From: Eubacteriales bacterium
Lineage (GTDB): Bacteria > Bacillota > Clostridia > Oscillospirales > CAG-272
Length of the DNA stretch: 64,000 nt
Direction: 5' to 3'
Assembly: GCA_045636385.1 (NCBI GenBank)
Contig: JAZTXK010000048.1
Span: forward strand, 1,954-65,953
Within the stretch, counting starts at the first letter, position 1, and each line of letters starts with the position of its first letter. The position numbers and the translations under genes were made by a program. Shown here one piece after another: positions 16,675 to 24,908 of the stretch. The notes beneath the pieces are model-generated. The model saw only the letters and a list, made by a program, of their open reading frames with translations. It did no database searches and had not been told where the DNA came from.

Positions 16675-18063
16675 TTAATGCTCCTTTCCGCAAACGGGGC
16701 AGAGGAAAGCTCCATCGCCCGAAAGCGGGGTGATATTTCTGTAATGATAAGCTCCCGCGCCGCCGTGCGACTTTCGGGTGAAATTCTTGATGGAGGTGGA
16801 GTAATAGCCCGTGCCCGTTTCGGGGCAAACGTGCGCGCGGATGACGGTTCGGCACGCGCCGCATTCGTATGACTCATCGGTTTGAGTCATAGCTTTACCG
16901 CAAAATGGGCAGATTTTATGTTCGTCATCGGCGTAAACCATCGCGCGGAGCAGCATCTGCTGAACTCGGCGGAACGAATCAATATCGTAGAGGCTGAGGC
17001 GGAGTGATTCGACCCCGTCGGGCGTGACGGTTATGACCTCGTGGGCGTCATATTCGCTCTCGCGCATTGGAGATAGGAATATTTTATATTCAAATTCCTT
17101 CTTGACAGCGAGCAGGATGCCGACGTCCTCGGCTTTGATCGTAAGTATCCAATCGCCGAAGCGGGCGGATGTGTTGATGTTGGTGAAATGTATTGTTCGA
17201 TATTTGTCGAATTTAAAGTTAAAATGTCCCGCGGCAAAAACGCAGAGCATCGCGCAGAAGTGGGAATATTCCTCTTCGTCAACAAGTCCCACCTCGGAAA
17301 GATCGACCGCGCCGATATCCGAGAGGTATTTCGCGAGCGAATAGAGCTTGCGATAGTCCTTTTGCGAGCGGAAAATATTCGTGCGCTTGAGAGAGAGGTT
17401 GGTCTTGCACTTCTTACACTTTTTGTAGACGGGCATCGAAAGGCGCGAGGTGAGCGTGCGCTCGATCGTGCAGAGCTTTTCGTAGCAACGCTCGATCGGG
17501 AGCAGATATTTGTCGTAATCGCGCAGATAACCCGTGTGGAGCTTGCCGAGGGCGAGGAAATACGAGGGATGATTCTCGCGCTCGAGCAGATTGAAGCGCA
17601 TTTCGCGGTTTGCGTAGAGCATATCGCGCAGAACGGCGAGATTTGCCTCAGTCAGCCGAAGGATCGCTTCGACCGTCCTCGCGAAAACTATATTCTCATA
17701 GAGCGCGTAATCGTCCTCCTGTCTCACCGACATCAGCTTGCGCGGGATGAGTTGACCGTCCTTTACGTTCTCCCATAGCTCGCTGTGAACCGAAATATGC
17801 GCCAGCGTTTTGTTGTTTACAACGCGAACCGTCTCGACGGGCAGTATCTCGCCCGAGTCGCGCAGACGGATGATCGGCGCGGAAAAGATATGCCTTAGCG
17901 CGGGGAGCGCGGAGATTATTCTGTCGAGGATCGCTTCAAGTCCTTCAAGGTCGATATCCTCGCGCAGGGCGAAAAGATTGAGATCGGTCTGCGTCAGTGC
18001 GTCGAAATCGGCGTAGGAGATCGGCGCGGAGAGGAATAATTTACGGTAGCAGAGGTCGCTCAT
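16675..18063 (-). CDS. McrC/DUF2357-like partner protein with C-terminal zinc ribbons, no evident nuclease motif
   Basis: 462 aa. Starts 4 nt after the ATPase gene stop. RQEDDYALYENIVFARTV resembles the DTPEN-type motif of DUF2357/McrC N-domains. Cys pairs at C193/C198, C216/C219, C385/C388, C401/C404 and C455/C458. No PD-(D/E)xK recognisable by eye. Confidence 0.5.
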   Translation of the reverse strand: MSDLCYRKLFLSAPISYADFDALTQTDLNLFALREDIDLEGLEAILDRIISALPALRHIFSAPIIRLRDSGEILPVETVRVVNNKTLAHISVHSELWENVKDGQLIPRKLMSVRQEDDYALYENIVFARTVEAILRLTEANLAVLRDMLYANREMRFNLLERENHPSYFLALGKLHTGYLRDYDKYLLPIERCYEKLCTIERTLTSRLSMPVYKKCKKCKTNLSLKRTNIFRSQKDYRKLYSLAKYLSDIGAVDLSEVGLVDEEEYSHFCAMLCVFAAGHFNFKFDKYRTIHFTNINTSARFGDWILTIKAEDVGILLAVKKEFEYKIFLSPMRESEYDAHEVITVTPDGVESLRLSLYDIDSFRRVQQMLLRAMVYADDEHKICPFCGKAMTQTDESYECGACRTVIRAHVCPETGTGYYSTSIKNFTRKSHGGAGAYHYRNITPLSGDGAFLCPVCGKEH

Positions 18064-18067
18064 TTTA

Positions 18068-20422
18068 TCAGTCCTCGTTGAGGCTCAGAACGAAGTCGCG
18101 GCAACGGAGAAGTCCGAGGCGTTCAAACTCGGCGGCGAGCTCATCCTTATCGTCAACGCTCTTGAACTCGAGCTTTGCGACGATCTTCGAGAGCAGAATG
18201 CGCTCAAGTCCGTCCGCAACGGCTCGCTCGCCTCCGCCGAAGCAAGCGGCGTAGACACGGACGAAGTCCTCGATCTGATTTGCGATTCGGTTTCCGAAGG
18301 AAATATTATAGGGCGCGAGCAGAGCCTCGACCTGCGCGATGACGGGAGAGGACTCGATATCGAAGTAAACGGCATTCTTTGCCTCGCGGAAAAGATCGAG
18401 CAGAGTTTGCGCCGATATAAATCTTTGCGGGATCGGCTCGGAGAGCGAACGGATCTTCGGCGCGCGCTTGTTGAAGTTCATCGTGTGCGCGCGGTCGTAG
18501 ACCTTGTCGCTGATCTCAAAGGTGCTTTCGTCGCGGTTTGCCGTGCCGATAAACCAGACGTTTTCGGGAACGTTGATCGAAAGTCCCTCGCTCAGACCAA
18601 GATAGCGGTAACGGACGCCGCCGTGCTTGCGGTAGAGGGGCGTGCCGAGAAGTCTGATCGAGCGTCTGCCCTCCTCGTTTTCCATAAGCGAGAGGAAATC
18701 CGAGAAATAATACTCGATTCGCGAGAGGTTCATTTCGTCGAGGACGATGAATGTGGGGCGTTCGGGGAAGAGGCGGGCGCGGTAGAGTGCCTGCGTGAAC
18801 TTTTTGGGTGTGTAGATTCTGCTGAATTCGTTGTAATAGCCGAGAAGCTCGTTCTTGTCGCGCCAAGCCGACTCGACCTCGACAAGGTCACATCCGCCGA
18901 GAATCGCCTCGGCAAAGATCTTCGGAAGGCTCGTTTTACCCGTACCGCTCATACCCTGAAGGATTGTCAAGCGTGTTGTGCCGAGTCCCGCGATGAAGGT
19001 CGCGATATCCTCGGGGGTGTAGTAAAGGTGCAGGCGCGAGTCGCGCGCGTAGGTTACGATAAAATTGACGATCTCGGGGAGAGTGGGGTTCTCGAATGCC
19101 GTCGCGCGTGCCTCGTCAAGCTCTTCACGAAGCGTTTCATATTTGCGGTCGATAGCGGTAAAGGCGGGGCAGGGATCGTGGTCGCCGGGTGCGGCGGGAG
19201 TCTCCTTTTCCTCGGGAAGCTCTTCACCGAAGGAGGAATCGAGCGTGCCTACCGTCTGTGCGCCCGCGATGATAAGCTCGCCCTTCGTTCCTCTCGAGTA
19301 GGGCTTACGGATCAAAATAAGGCAAATAAGCGCAACCGCGCCGACGAAGAACCAATGCGAGGGGCTTTGAATATCGTAATTGAGACCGATCGACTCGGGG
19401 TCAATAAGACCGCCGAAGCCGTGGCTTTCAAGCTGGAAGGAGACCCAAGCGTCGAGAACATCCTTGTTGATCTGCTCGGCGATGGCAAAATACTTGCCGA
19501 AAAGACCGACGACGAAGGTGGTGACACCGCCCGTGACCACCTGACCGAGCGAGATCTGATAAAAGAGTCGCGAACGGCCGATCAGCGAGGTCAGCGAGAG
19601 AAGAAACAGAGCAAAGTTAGCGGCTACGAACGCGAGGACGAAGAAAACGAGTATCTGCATACCGCCCGTCACCTCGGTGACACCTCGAAGAGCATCCAAG
19701 CCGTTGAAGTAGATCTCGGCGATCTCAATATCGAATTTTACCCAAAGGATATCTCCGAGTGCGCAGAGGATTGCGAGCGCGGAAAGCGCCGTGCTGTAAA
19801 TAAATAGCTCAAAGCGCGCGCCGCGAGCGATATTTTTAGGCTTTTTGACCTTTTCCGCTGAAAGGGTATTTCTCGCAAGAATTGCAAAGAGAACCGTCAT
19901 AACGGCACAAATCCAGAACGCAAAGCCGCTCGAGGGCTTGTAGTGCGTGGTTGAGGATGCCGCGTTGCGTATTGCCGATGCCACGATGCTTGAGATAAAG
20001 AATGCGGCGGTCACAAAATCGGCGTAGACAAGGAGAGTTTGCAGAGCGCCGACAAATTTGCCGTCCTCAGCCGAATATTTGCGTACCGCGGAAAAAAGCA
20101 GATACGCGGATACCGCACCGATGATTATTATCGCAATAAACAGCACGAGCGCTTCAACGGTGAAGAGGTCACCGGGATCTACAACCACGTTGTTCAGCGT
20201 CGGCTTGAGATCTCGCTTATTAAAAATATCAAATGCGCGAACTCTGCCCTCGGTGAACGAGACGTTTGAGTTAACGGCAGTAGTTCTGTAAAAGGGTGCC
20301 CATAGCAATGAAAAAATCAGAATTACAGATATGATACCGAGTGCGATCAGGATCTGTTTTCGCATTTTATCGTTAAAAGCGGGGAGAGTGATGGTCCTTC
20401 CCGTACTTGGTTTTCGTGTCAT
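18068..20422 (-). CDS. membrane-anchored McrB-type AAA+ NTPase (about 8 TM helices + AAA_5-like core)
   Basis: 784 aa. Residues 1-375 contain about 8 hydrophobic helices. Walker A is LQGMSGTGKTS (G490-T497). McrB-style Walker B block FIVLDEMNLSRIEYYFSDFLSLME. Also NVWFIGTANRDESTFEISDKVYDRAHTMNF. GGAGGA RBS. Confidence 0.7.
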   Translation of the reverse strand: MTRKPSTGRTITLPAFNDKMRKQILIALGIISVILIFSLLWAPFYRTTAVNSNVSFTEGRVRAFDIFNKRDLKPTLNNVVVDPGDLFTVEALVLFIAIIIIGAVSAYLLFSAVRKYSAEDGKFVGALQTLLVYADFVTAAFFISSIVASAIRNAASSTTHYKPSSGFAFWICAVMTVLFAILARNTLSAEKVKKPKNIARGARFELFIYSTALSALAILCALGDILWVKFDIEIAEIYFNGLDALRGVTEVTGGMQILVFFVLAFVAANFALFLLSLTSLIGRSRLFYQISLGQVVTGGVTTFVVGLFGKYFAIAEQINKDVLDAWVSFQLESHGFGGLIDPESIGLNYDIQSPSHWFFVGAVALICLILIRKPYSRGTKGELIIAGAQTVGTLDSSFGEELPEEKETPAAPGDHDPCPAFTAIDRKYETLREELDEARATAFENPTLPEIVNFIVTYARDSRLHLYYTPEDIATFIAGLGTTRLTILQGMSGTGKTSLPKIFAEAILGGCDLVEVESAWRDKNELLGYYNEFSRIYTPKKFTQALYRARLFPERPTFIVLDEMNLSRIEYYFSDFLSLMENEEGRRSIRLLGTPLYRKHGGVRYRYLGLSEGLSINVPENVWFIGTANRDESTFEISDKVYDRAHTMNFNKRAPKIRSLSEPIPQRFISAQTLLDLFREAKNAVYFDIESSPVIAQVEALLAPYNISFGNRIANQIEDFVRVYAACFGGGERAVADGLERILLSKIVAKLEFKSVDDKDELAAEFERLGLLRCRDFVLSLNED

Positions 20423-20455
20423 AGGCTTGTCCTCCGTCGATATTACTTCATAATA

Positions 20456-20484
20456 ATTATATCAATAAAACACTCGCGTGTCTA
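20456..20484 (-). promoter_or_regulatory. sigma-A type promoter of the McrB-like operon
   Basis: On the minus strand: TAGACA, 17-nt spacer, TATAAT. About 30 nt upstream of ATG 20422, directly after the ddh terminator. Confidence 0.45.
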
Positions 20485-20496
20485 TATATATGACCG

Positions 20497-20531
20497 AAAA
20501 AAACGCCCAAGGTTTCACTTCCTTGAGCGTT
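20497..20531 (-). terminator. intrinsic terminator after ddh
   Basis: Minus strand AACGCTCAAGG-loop-CCTTGGGCGTT followed by TTTTTTT. Confidence 0.65.
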
Positions 20532-20579
20532 TCTCTATTTTGAACAAAAATGCGAGTGTAAAATTGTCTAAAATGCCAA

Positions 20580-21554
20580 TCAAAGCATATGCGCGCGAAG
20601 CTCCTCGGGAGAAAGGGGAGAAAGATCGGCGGGCGCGATATCGAAGATTGTCTTGCAGCCCGTCATTCCGCGGCTGTGCATACGGTTTATCGCGCGTGCG
20701 CAAGCAACAAGAACGCTTGAGGTGAACTCGGGATTCGAATCGAGCGCGAGCGAGAACTCGACGGTGTGCTTATGCTCGCCCGAAAGACCGCTGACGCCGC
20801 TTCGGATAACCGATCCGCCGTGCGGGAGAGCCGAATGGTTCGCGCGGAGCTCTTCGAGAGTGATAAAGGTCACGCTTGTGTCGTAGTCGGCAAAATAGTT
20901 GGGCATATTCTTGATCTCGGACTCGATGCGAGCGAGATCTGCGCCCTCCTCTGCCACAACGTAGCACTCGCGGGTGTGCTTCTGTCTGGTCGTCAGGGTG
21001 GGATTTTCACCGTTTCTTACCGATTCGAGTGCCGCGGGCACGGGAACGGTATACTGTCTTGCGTCAAGAACGCCTTCGATACGGCGGATAGCATCCGAGT
21101 GTCCCTGGCTGACGCCTCTGCCCCAGAAGGTGTAATCCTTGCCCTCGGGGAGAACCGACGAAGCATAAAGTCTTGCGATCGAGAAAAGTCCGGGATCCCA
21201 GCCGCCCGAGATCATTGCGATATGACCGCTCTTCTCTGCCGCCTCATTCACGCGGGCAAAATGCTCGGGAATGGTGGCGTGGGTGTCGTAGCTGTCAACA
21301 ACGTTGAAATGCTCTGCGAGCTTATGTGTCATCTCGGGCAGATCGGTCGCGCTTCCTCCGCAGAGGATGAGAACGTCGATTCTTTCCTTGAAATCAAGGA
21401 TCGACTCTGCCGAATAAACGGGTGTACCCGCAGTTTTGACCGTTGCGGGATCGCGTCGGGTGAAGACCGCGACAAGCTCGCAGTCGGTGTGGTATTTCAT
21501 AGCCGCCTCGACACCGCGGCCGAGGTTGCCGTATCCGTAAATTGCTATTTTCAT
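20580..21554 (-). CDS. ddh: meso-diaminopimelate D-dehydrogenase
   Basis: MKIAIYGYGNLGRGVE..VAVFTRRDP N-terminus and a 324-aa length are typical of Ddh. Lies in an operon with dapB/dapA. Confidence 0.85.
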   Translation of the reverse strand: MKIAIYGYGNLGRGVEAAMKYHTDCELVAVFTRRDPATVKTAGTPVYSAESILDFKERIDVLILCGGSATDLPEMTHKLAEHFNVVDSYDTHATIPEHFARVNEAAEKSGHIAMISGGWDPGLFSIARLYASSVLPEGKDYTFWGRGVSQGHSDAIRRIEGVLDARQYTVPVPAALESVRNGENPTLTTRQKHTRECYVVAEEGADLARIESEIKNMPNYFADYDTSVTFITLEELRANHSALPHGGSVIRSGVSGLSGEHKHTVEFSLALDSNPEFTSSVLVACARAINRMHSRGMTGCKTIFDIAPADLSPLSPEELRAHML

Positions 21555-21560
21555 CTTAAA

Positions 21561-22337
21561 TCATACCTTCTGGGGAGTTTTTGCGCCGCTGACGAGCGAC
21601 TTCATATCGTACATTCCCGCCTCGCAATTAACGAGGAACGCCGCCGCGGCGAGTGCACCCTCGGCGAAAAGTGCGCGGGAGTGCGCCTCGTGCTTGAGGG
21701 TGATGGTCTGGTTCGGCGTGCCGATCATAACCTCGTGCTCACCGACGATATTGCCCATTCTGATCGCGTGGATACCGATCTCCTCGCGCGTGCGCTTACC
21801 CTGACCGCTTCTGCCGCAGTTGAGAGTCGCCTCAGGGCGAACCTCGCAAAGGGCATCGGCAAGCATAAGTGCCGTGCCGCTGGGAGCGTCGATCTTGCGG
21901 TCGTGGTGCTTTTCGATAATTTCGATCTCCGCCTCGGGGAAAGCCGCCGCCGCTTGCTTTGCAAGCTCAACAAGGAGCGCAACGCCGAGCGACATATTTG
22001 CCGAGAAAAAAAGCGGGATCTTTTCAGCCGCCAGCGCGATCTTTGCCTTTTCCTCGGGGGTGTGACCCGTAGTGCAAAGAACGGTGGGGATATTTCTTGC
22101 GATCGCAAAATCAAGAAGCGCGGGGGTGAGGGTATGGTGCGAGAAATCGACGATGCAGTCGATCTCCGCCTCGGGAACGTCCGAGAAATCCTTGTAGACC
22201 ACATAAGCTTCGCCGCCCTTGGCAAAGGCATCAACTCCGCCAACGCATTCCGCGCCGCGGTAGCCCGCCTCGCAAAGTGTGAGCACCTCGCGGCCCATAT
22301 GTCCGCAGATTCCGTTAATCAATATTTTCATTTTCAC
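21561..22337 (-). CDS. dapB: 4-hydroxy-tetrahydrodipicolinate reductase
   Basis: GICGHMGREV N-terminus and the EKHHDRKIDAPSGTAL signature. Confidence 0.9.
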   Translation of the reverse strand: MKMKILINGICGHMGREVLTLCEAGYRGAECVGGVDAFAKGGEAYVVYKDFSDVPEAEIDCIVDFSHHTLTPALLDFAIARNIPTVLCTTGHTPEEKAKIALAAEKIPLFFSANMSLGVALLVELAKQAAAAFPEAEIEIIEKHHDRKIDAPSGTALMLADALCEVRPEATLNCGRSGQGKRTREEIGIHAIRMGNIVGEHEVMIGTPNQTITLKHEAHSRALFAEGALAAAAFLVNCEAGMYDMKSLVSGAKTPQKV

Positions 22338-22397
22338 TTATTCCTTTAAATAAGATTCTTATCCAATTGCAAAATTATGCAAAGTTTAATAAAATCT

Positions 22398-22558
22398 GTT
22401 TTTTTGGTGGCTTTGCCGCCGAAAAAACACCGATCAGGCGAGCCTTGCGAGCCCGCGCGCCGAGGGGAGCAAGTCAAAATTAACGATTTTGACTTGCGGC
22501 GATAAGCGCGCGTTCCCCGCCGCGCGGTCTTCAATTGTAAAACGCAGTTTTACAATTG
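22398..22558 (-). repeat. structured intergenic repeat, copy A (dapA-dapB spacer)
   Basis: About 160 nt that aligns as the reverse complement of 27800-27946. Three hairpins: CAATTGTAAAAC..GTTTTACAATTG, AAGTCAAAAT..ATTTTGACTT, TTTTTCGGCGG..CCACCAAAAA. Confidence 0.8.
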
Positions 22559-22559
22559 A

Positions 22560-23444
22560 TTAAATAAGATTTTCGGCTCTCATAAGCTCATAGAGAACCT
22601 CTGCCTTGTCGGCACTCATAGGAGTCAGGGGCAGACGGAGATAGTTCTCGCCGAATCCCATAGCCGCGCAAGCCGCCTTTGCGGGGATCGGGTTGACCTC
22701 CGAGAAGAGGGCGTTGATGAGGGGGATGTAGTGAAGCTGCATCTCTCGCGCGCCCGCAATATCGCCCGCGAGGAACTTTTTGCACATAGCCGAGGTCTCG
22801 GCGGGGATAATATTTGAAAGAACCGAAATAACACCCTTGCCGCCGAGCGACATGATCGGCACGATCTGATCGTCGTTGCCCGAATAGATATCCATCTTGT
22901 CGCCAACGAGAGCGGCAAGCTCCGCGATCTGCGAAATGTTTCCGCAAGCTTCCTTGATAGCGACGATGTTTTCGTGCTCCGCAAGACGAGCTGCAGTCGC
23001 GGGAAGCAGGTTGCATCCCGTACGCGAGGGTACGTTATAAAGAATACAGGGCTTGTCGGATGCCTCCGCGATCTTGAGGAAGGAAAGCTCCATTCCCGCC
23101 TGAGTCGCCTTGTTGTAGTAGGGGGTAACGAGGAGCATCGCATCCGCACCGACAGCGCAGGAATACTTTGTCAGCTCGATGGCATAATTAATGTCATTCG
23201 AGCCGGTACCCGCGATAACGGGAACTCTGCCCGCGGTTCGTTCAACGCAATATTTGATTGCCGCCTTGTGCTCGGCGTCGTCGAGGGTGGAGCCCTCGCC
23301 CGTGGTACCGACGGCAACAAGCGCGTCGATGCCCTTTTCTATCTGAAAATCAATAAGCTTACCGAAATTTTCAAAGTCGATGCCCGATTCGGTCAGGGGA
23401 GTAACGAGGGCGGTTGCCGCGCCCGTGAACACAGTCTTCTTCAT
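22560..23444 (-). CDS. dapA: 4-hydroxy-tetrahydrodipicolinate synthase
   Basis: GAATALVTP...VAVGTTGEGSTL and a 294-aa length. AAGAGGT RBS. Confidence 0.9.
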   Translation of the reverse strand: MKKTVFTGAATALVTPLTESGIDFENFGKLIDFQIEKGIDALVAVGTTGEGSTLDDAEHKAAIKYCVERTAGRVPVIAGTGSNDINYAIELTKYSCAVGADAMLLVTPYYNKATQAGMELSFLKIAEASDKPCILYNVPSRTGCNLLPATAARLAEHENIVAIKEACGNISQIAELAALVGDKMDIYSGNDDQIVPIMSLGGKGVISVLSNIIPAETSAMCKKFLAGDIAGAREMQLHYIPLINALFSEVNPIPAKAACAAMGFGENYLRLPLTPMSADKAEVLYELMRAENLI

Positions 23445-23478
23445 TATATTTATACCTCTTAAAATTAATTACGCATGA

Positions 23479-23690
23479 AAAAAGGCAGCCGCAAGACAGC
23501 TACCGATACTCCCGACAGTACGGGAAGAAGGTATTGGATAGCTCTCCGCAAAAGCGACAGCAGGGCGGATCTTATCCGAACTGCCAGCAAAACGCCCGCC
23601 GCGGCGTTCCACTTCGGCACCCGTACCTTTCCCGCGCGGCTTTGGCAACCGTTTTTCCGCAGTAATCTTTACAAGGTGCGCCTCTATCAA
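23479..23690 (-). promoter_or_regulatory. lysine riboswitch (L-box) with terminator in the dapA leader
   Basis: The minus strand reads GATAGAGGCGCACC...GGTGCCGAAG...CTGTCG...GGAGAGCTATC, matching conserved L-box blocks of the B. subtilis lysC leader. It ends in GGTAGCTGTCTTGCGGCTGCC plus TTTTTT. Confidence 0.8.
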
Positions 23691-23701
23691 ATATTTTTTA
23701 C

Positions 23702-23730
23702 ATTTTACCATACTTTTGAGCGTTTGTCAA
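23702..23730 (-). promoter_or_regulatory. sigma-A promoter of the L-box/dapA operon
   Basis: Minus strand TTGACA, 17-nt spacer, TAAAAT, just upstream of the riboswitch 5' end. Confidence 0.55.
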
Positions 23731-23809
23731 TACTTTTTCCCCGATTTTACTTGCTTTTTTCTCAAAAATATGTTATCATTATAATATAAAAGGAAAAGGA
23801 GCGATCAAA

Positions 23810-24178
23810 ATGCCACTTGCAGAATCGGGCGAGATGTATCTCGAAACAATATACGTGCTGACGAGGCATTCGACCTCGGTGCGCTCCATCGACGTTGCCG
23901 AGAGTATGGGCTACTCGAAGCCGAGCGTAAGCCGCGCCATCGGTATCCTGAAGTCGGGCGAATATATAACGGTCGATAAGTCGGGTTTCATCACTCTGAC
24001 CGAAAAGGGCGTCGCAACAGCCGAAGAGCTTTACGAGCGCCATACGATACTGACCGACCTGCTCGTTTCGCTCGGTGTGGAGAGAGAGGTCGCCGCAGTA
24101 GACGCCTGCAAGATCGAGCACGTGATCAGCGCCGACTCTTTTGAGGCGATAAAGAGCTATATCAGCAATAAAAAATAA
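23810..24178 (+). CDS. DtxR/MntR-family metal-dependent transcriptional regulator
   Basis: GEMYLETIYVL...SIDVAESMGYSKPSVSRAIGILK wHTH and the ERHTILTDLL dimerisation helix. Confidence 0.8.
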   Translation: MPLAESGEMYLETIYVLTRHSTSVRSIDVAESMGYSKPSVSRAIGILKSGEYITVDKSGFITLTEKGVATAEELYERHTILTDLLVSLGVEREVAAVDACKIEHVISADSFEAIKSYISNKK

Positions 24179-24350
24179 AAATATCGGGACTGATTTTTCA
24201 GTCCCGATATTTATTCTGCACAAAATCGGCATCATGTTTTTGTGCAAGTCTACAAAACGAATATTTTTTTGAAAAAGCTGAAACCAAATCGGGCATATTT
24301 GGTACTTGATAGGTGAAGGGCCCTTATGAATAAGAAAAGGAGGAAGATCA

Positions 24351-24908
24351 ATGAAGGATGAGCAGATAATCGATCTTTTGCAAAAGCGCGATGAGAATGC
24401 GTTGCGTGCGGCAGAGGAAAAATACGGCAGCTTCTGCCACACGGTCACGTCGAATATTCTTTCTATGCGCGAGGACCGCGAGGAATGCCTCAACGATATG
24501 CTTTTAGCACTTTGGAACAATATTCCTCCCGAAGTACCGCGAAGCCTGAAGGCGTATATTGCAAAGATCATCCGCAATCTCGCGCTCAAGAAAACGCGGT
24601 CGGAGAACGTCTGGAAGCGCACCTCGAGCTTTGCCGAGCTCGGCGCGGAATTTATCGAGGCGATTCCCGACACCTGCAATCTCTGCGAGCAGTTCGAGGC
24701 GGCGCGCGCGGGCAGGATCATCAACGAATTCCTCGAAACTATCCCCGCGCACGAATCCGACGTATTTATTTTGCGTTATTATTTCGGAGAACGAGTGGAA
24801 TGCGTTGCGGAAGATATGGGATTTACGGTCGGAAAGGTAAAATCCATCCTACACCGAACTCGCCGCAGACTCGCCGAAAAACTTAAAAAGGAGGGTATAA
24901 TAATATGA
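24351..24908 (+). CDS. ECF-type sigma-70 family factor (module 2)
   Basis: 185 aa. Region 2 (REDREECLNDMLLALW) and region 4 (VAEDMGFTVGKVKSILHRTRRRL). Overlaps the next gene by 4 nt. Confidence 0.85.
   Translation: MKDEQIIDLLQKRDENALRAAEEKYGSFCHTVTSNILSMREDREECLNDMLLALWNNIPPEVPRSLKAYIAKIIRNLALKKTRSENVWKRTSSFAELGAEFIEAIPDTCNLCEQFEAARAGRIINEFLETIPAHESDVFILRYYFGERVECVAEDMGFTVGKVKSILHRTRRRLAEKLKKEGIII

Noticed and set aside
16674-16877. N-terminal extension of the YdcF/DUF218 ORF (listed as 16047-16877)
   Set aside because: The extension overlaps the 3' end of the upstream 462-aa gene in another frame and is Ala/Arg/Pro-rich. ATG 16673 gives a typical DUF218 N-terminus.
18407-19807. 466-aa ORF on the plus strand
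   Set aside because: It is antisense to the McrB-like gene, whose Walker A/B motifs fix the real frame. The product is Arg/Asp/Gly-rich and looks like an artefact.
20766-22349. 527-aa ORF on the plus strand
   Set aside because: It is entirely antisense to ddh and dapB, which have unmistakable family signatures. It has the Arg/Ala/Gly-rich composition typical of the antisense frame of GC-rich genes and no RBS.
22346-22534. 62-aa ORF in the dapA-dapB spacer, and 139-aa ORF at 27839-28258
   Set aside because: Both lie on copies of the structured repeat. Their translations differ between copies while the RNA/DNA hairpins are conserved, so the repeat is non-coding.
23762-24724. 320-aa minus-strand ORF
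   Set aside because: It runs antisense through the DtxR-family gene, an intergenic region and the sigma factor gene, all of which have clear signatures.
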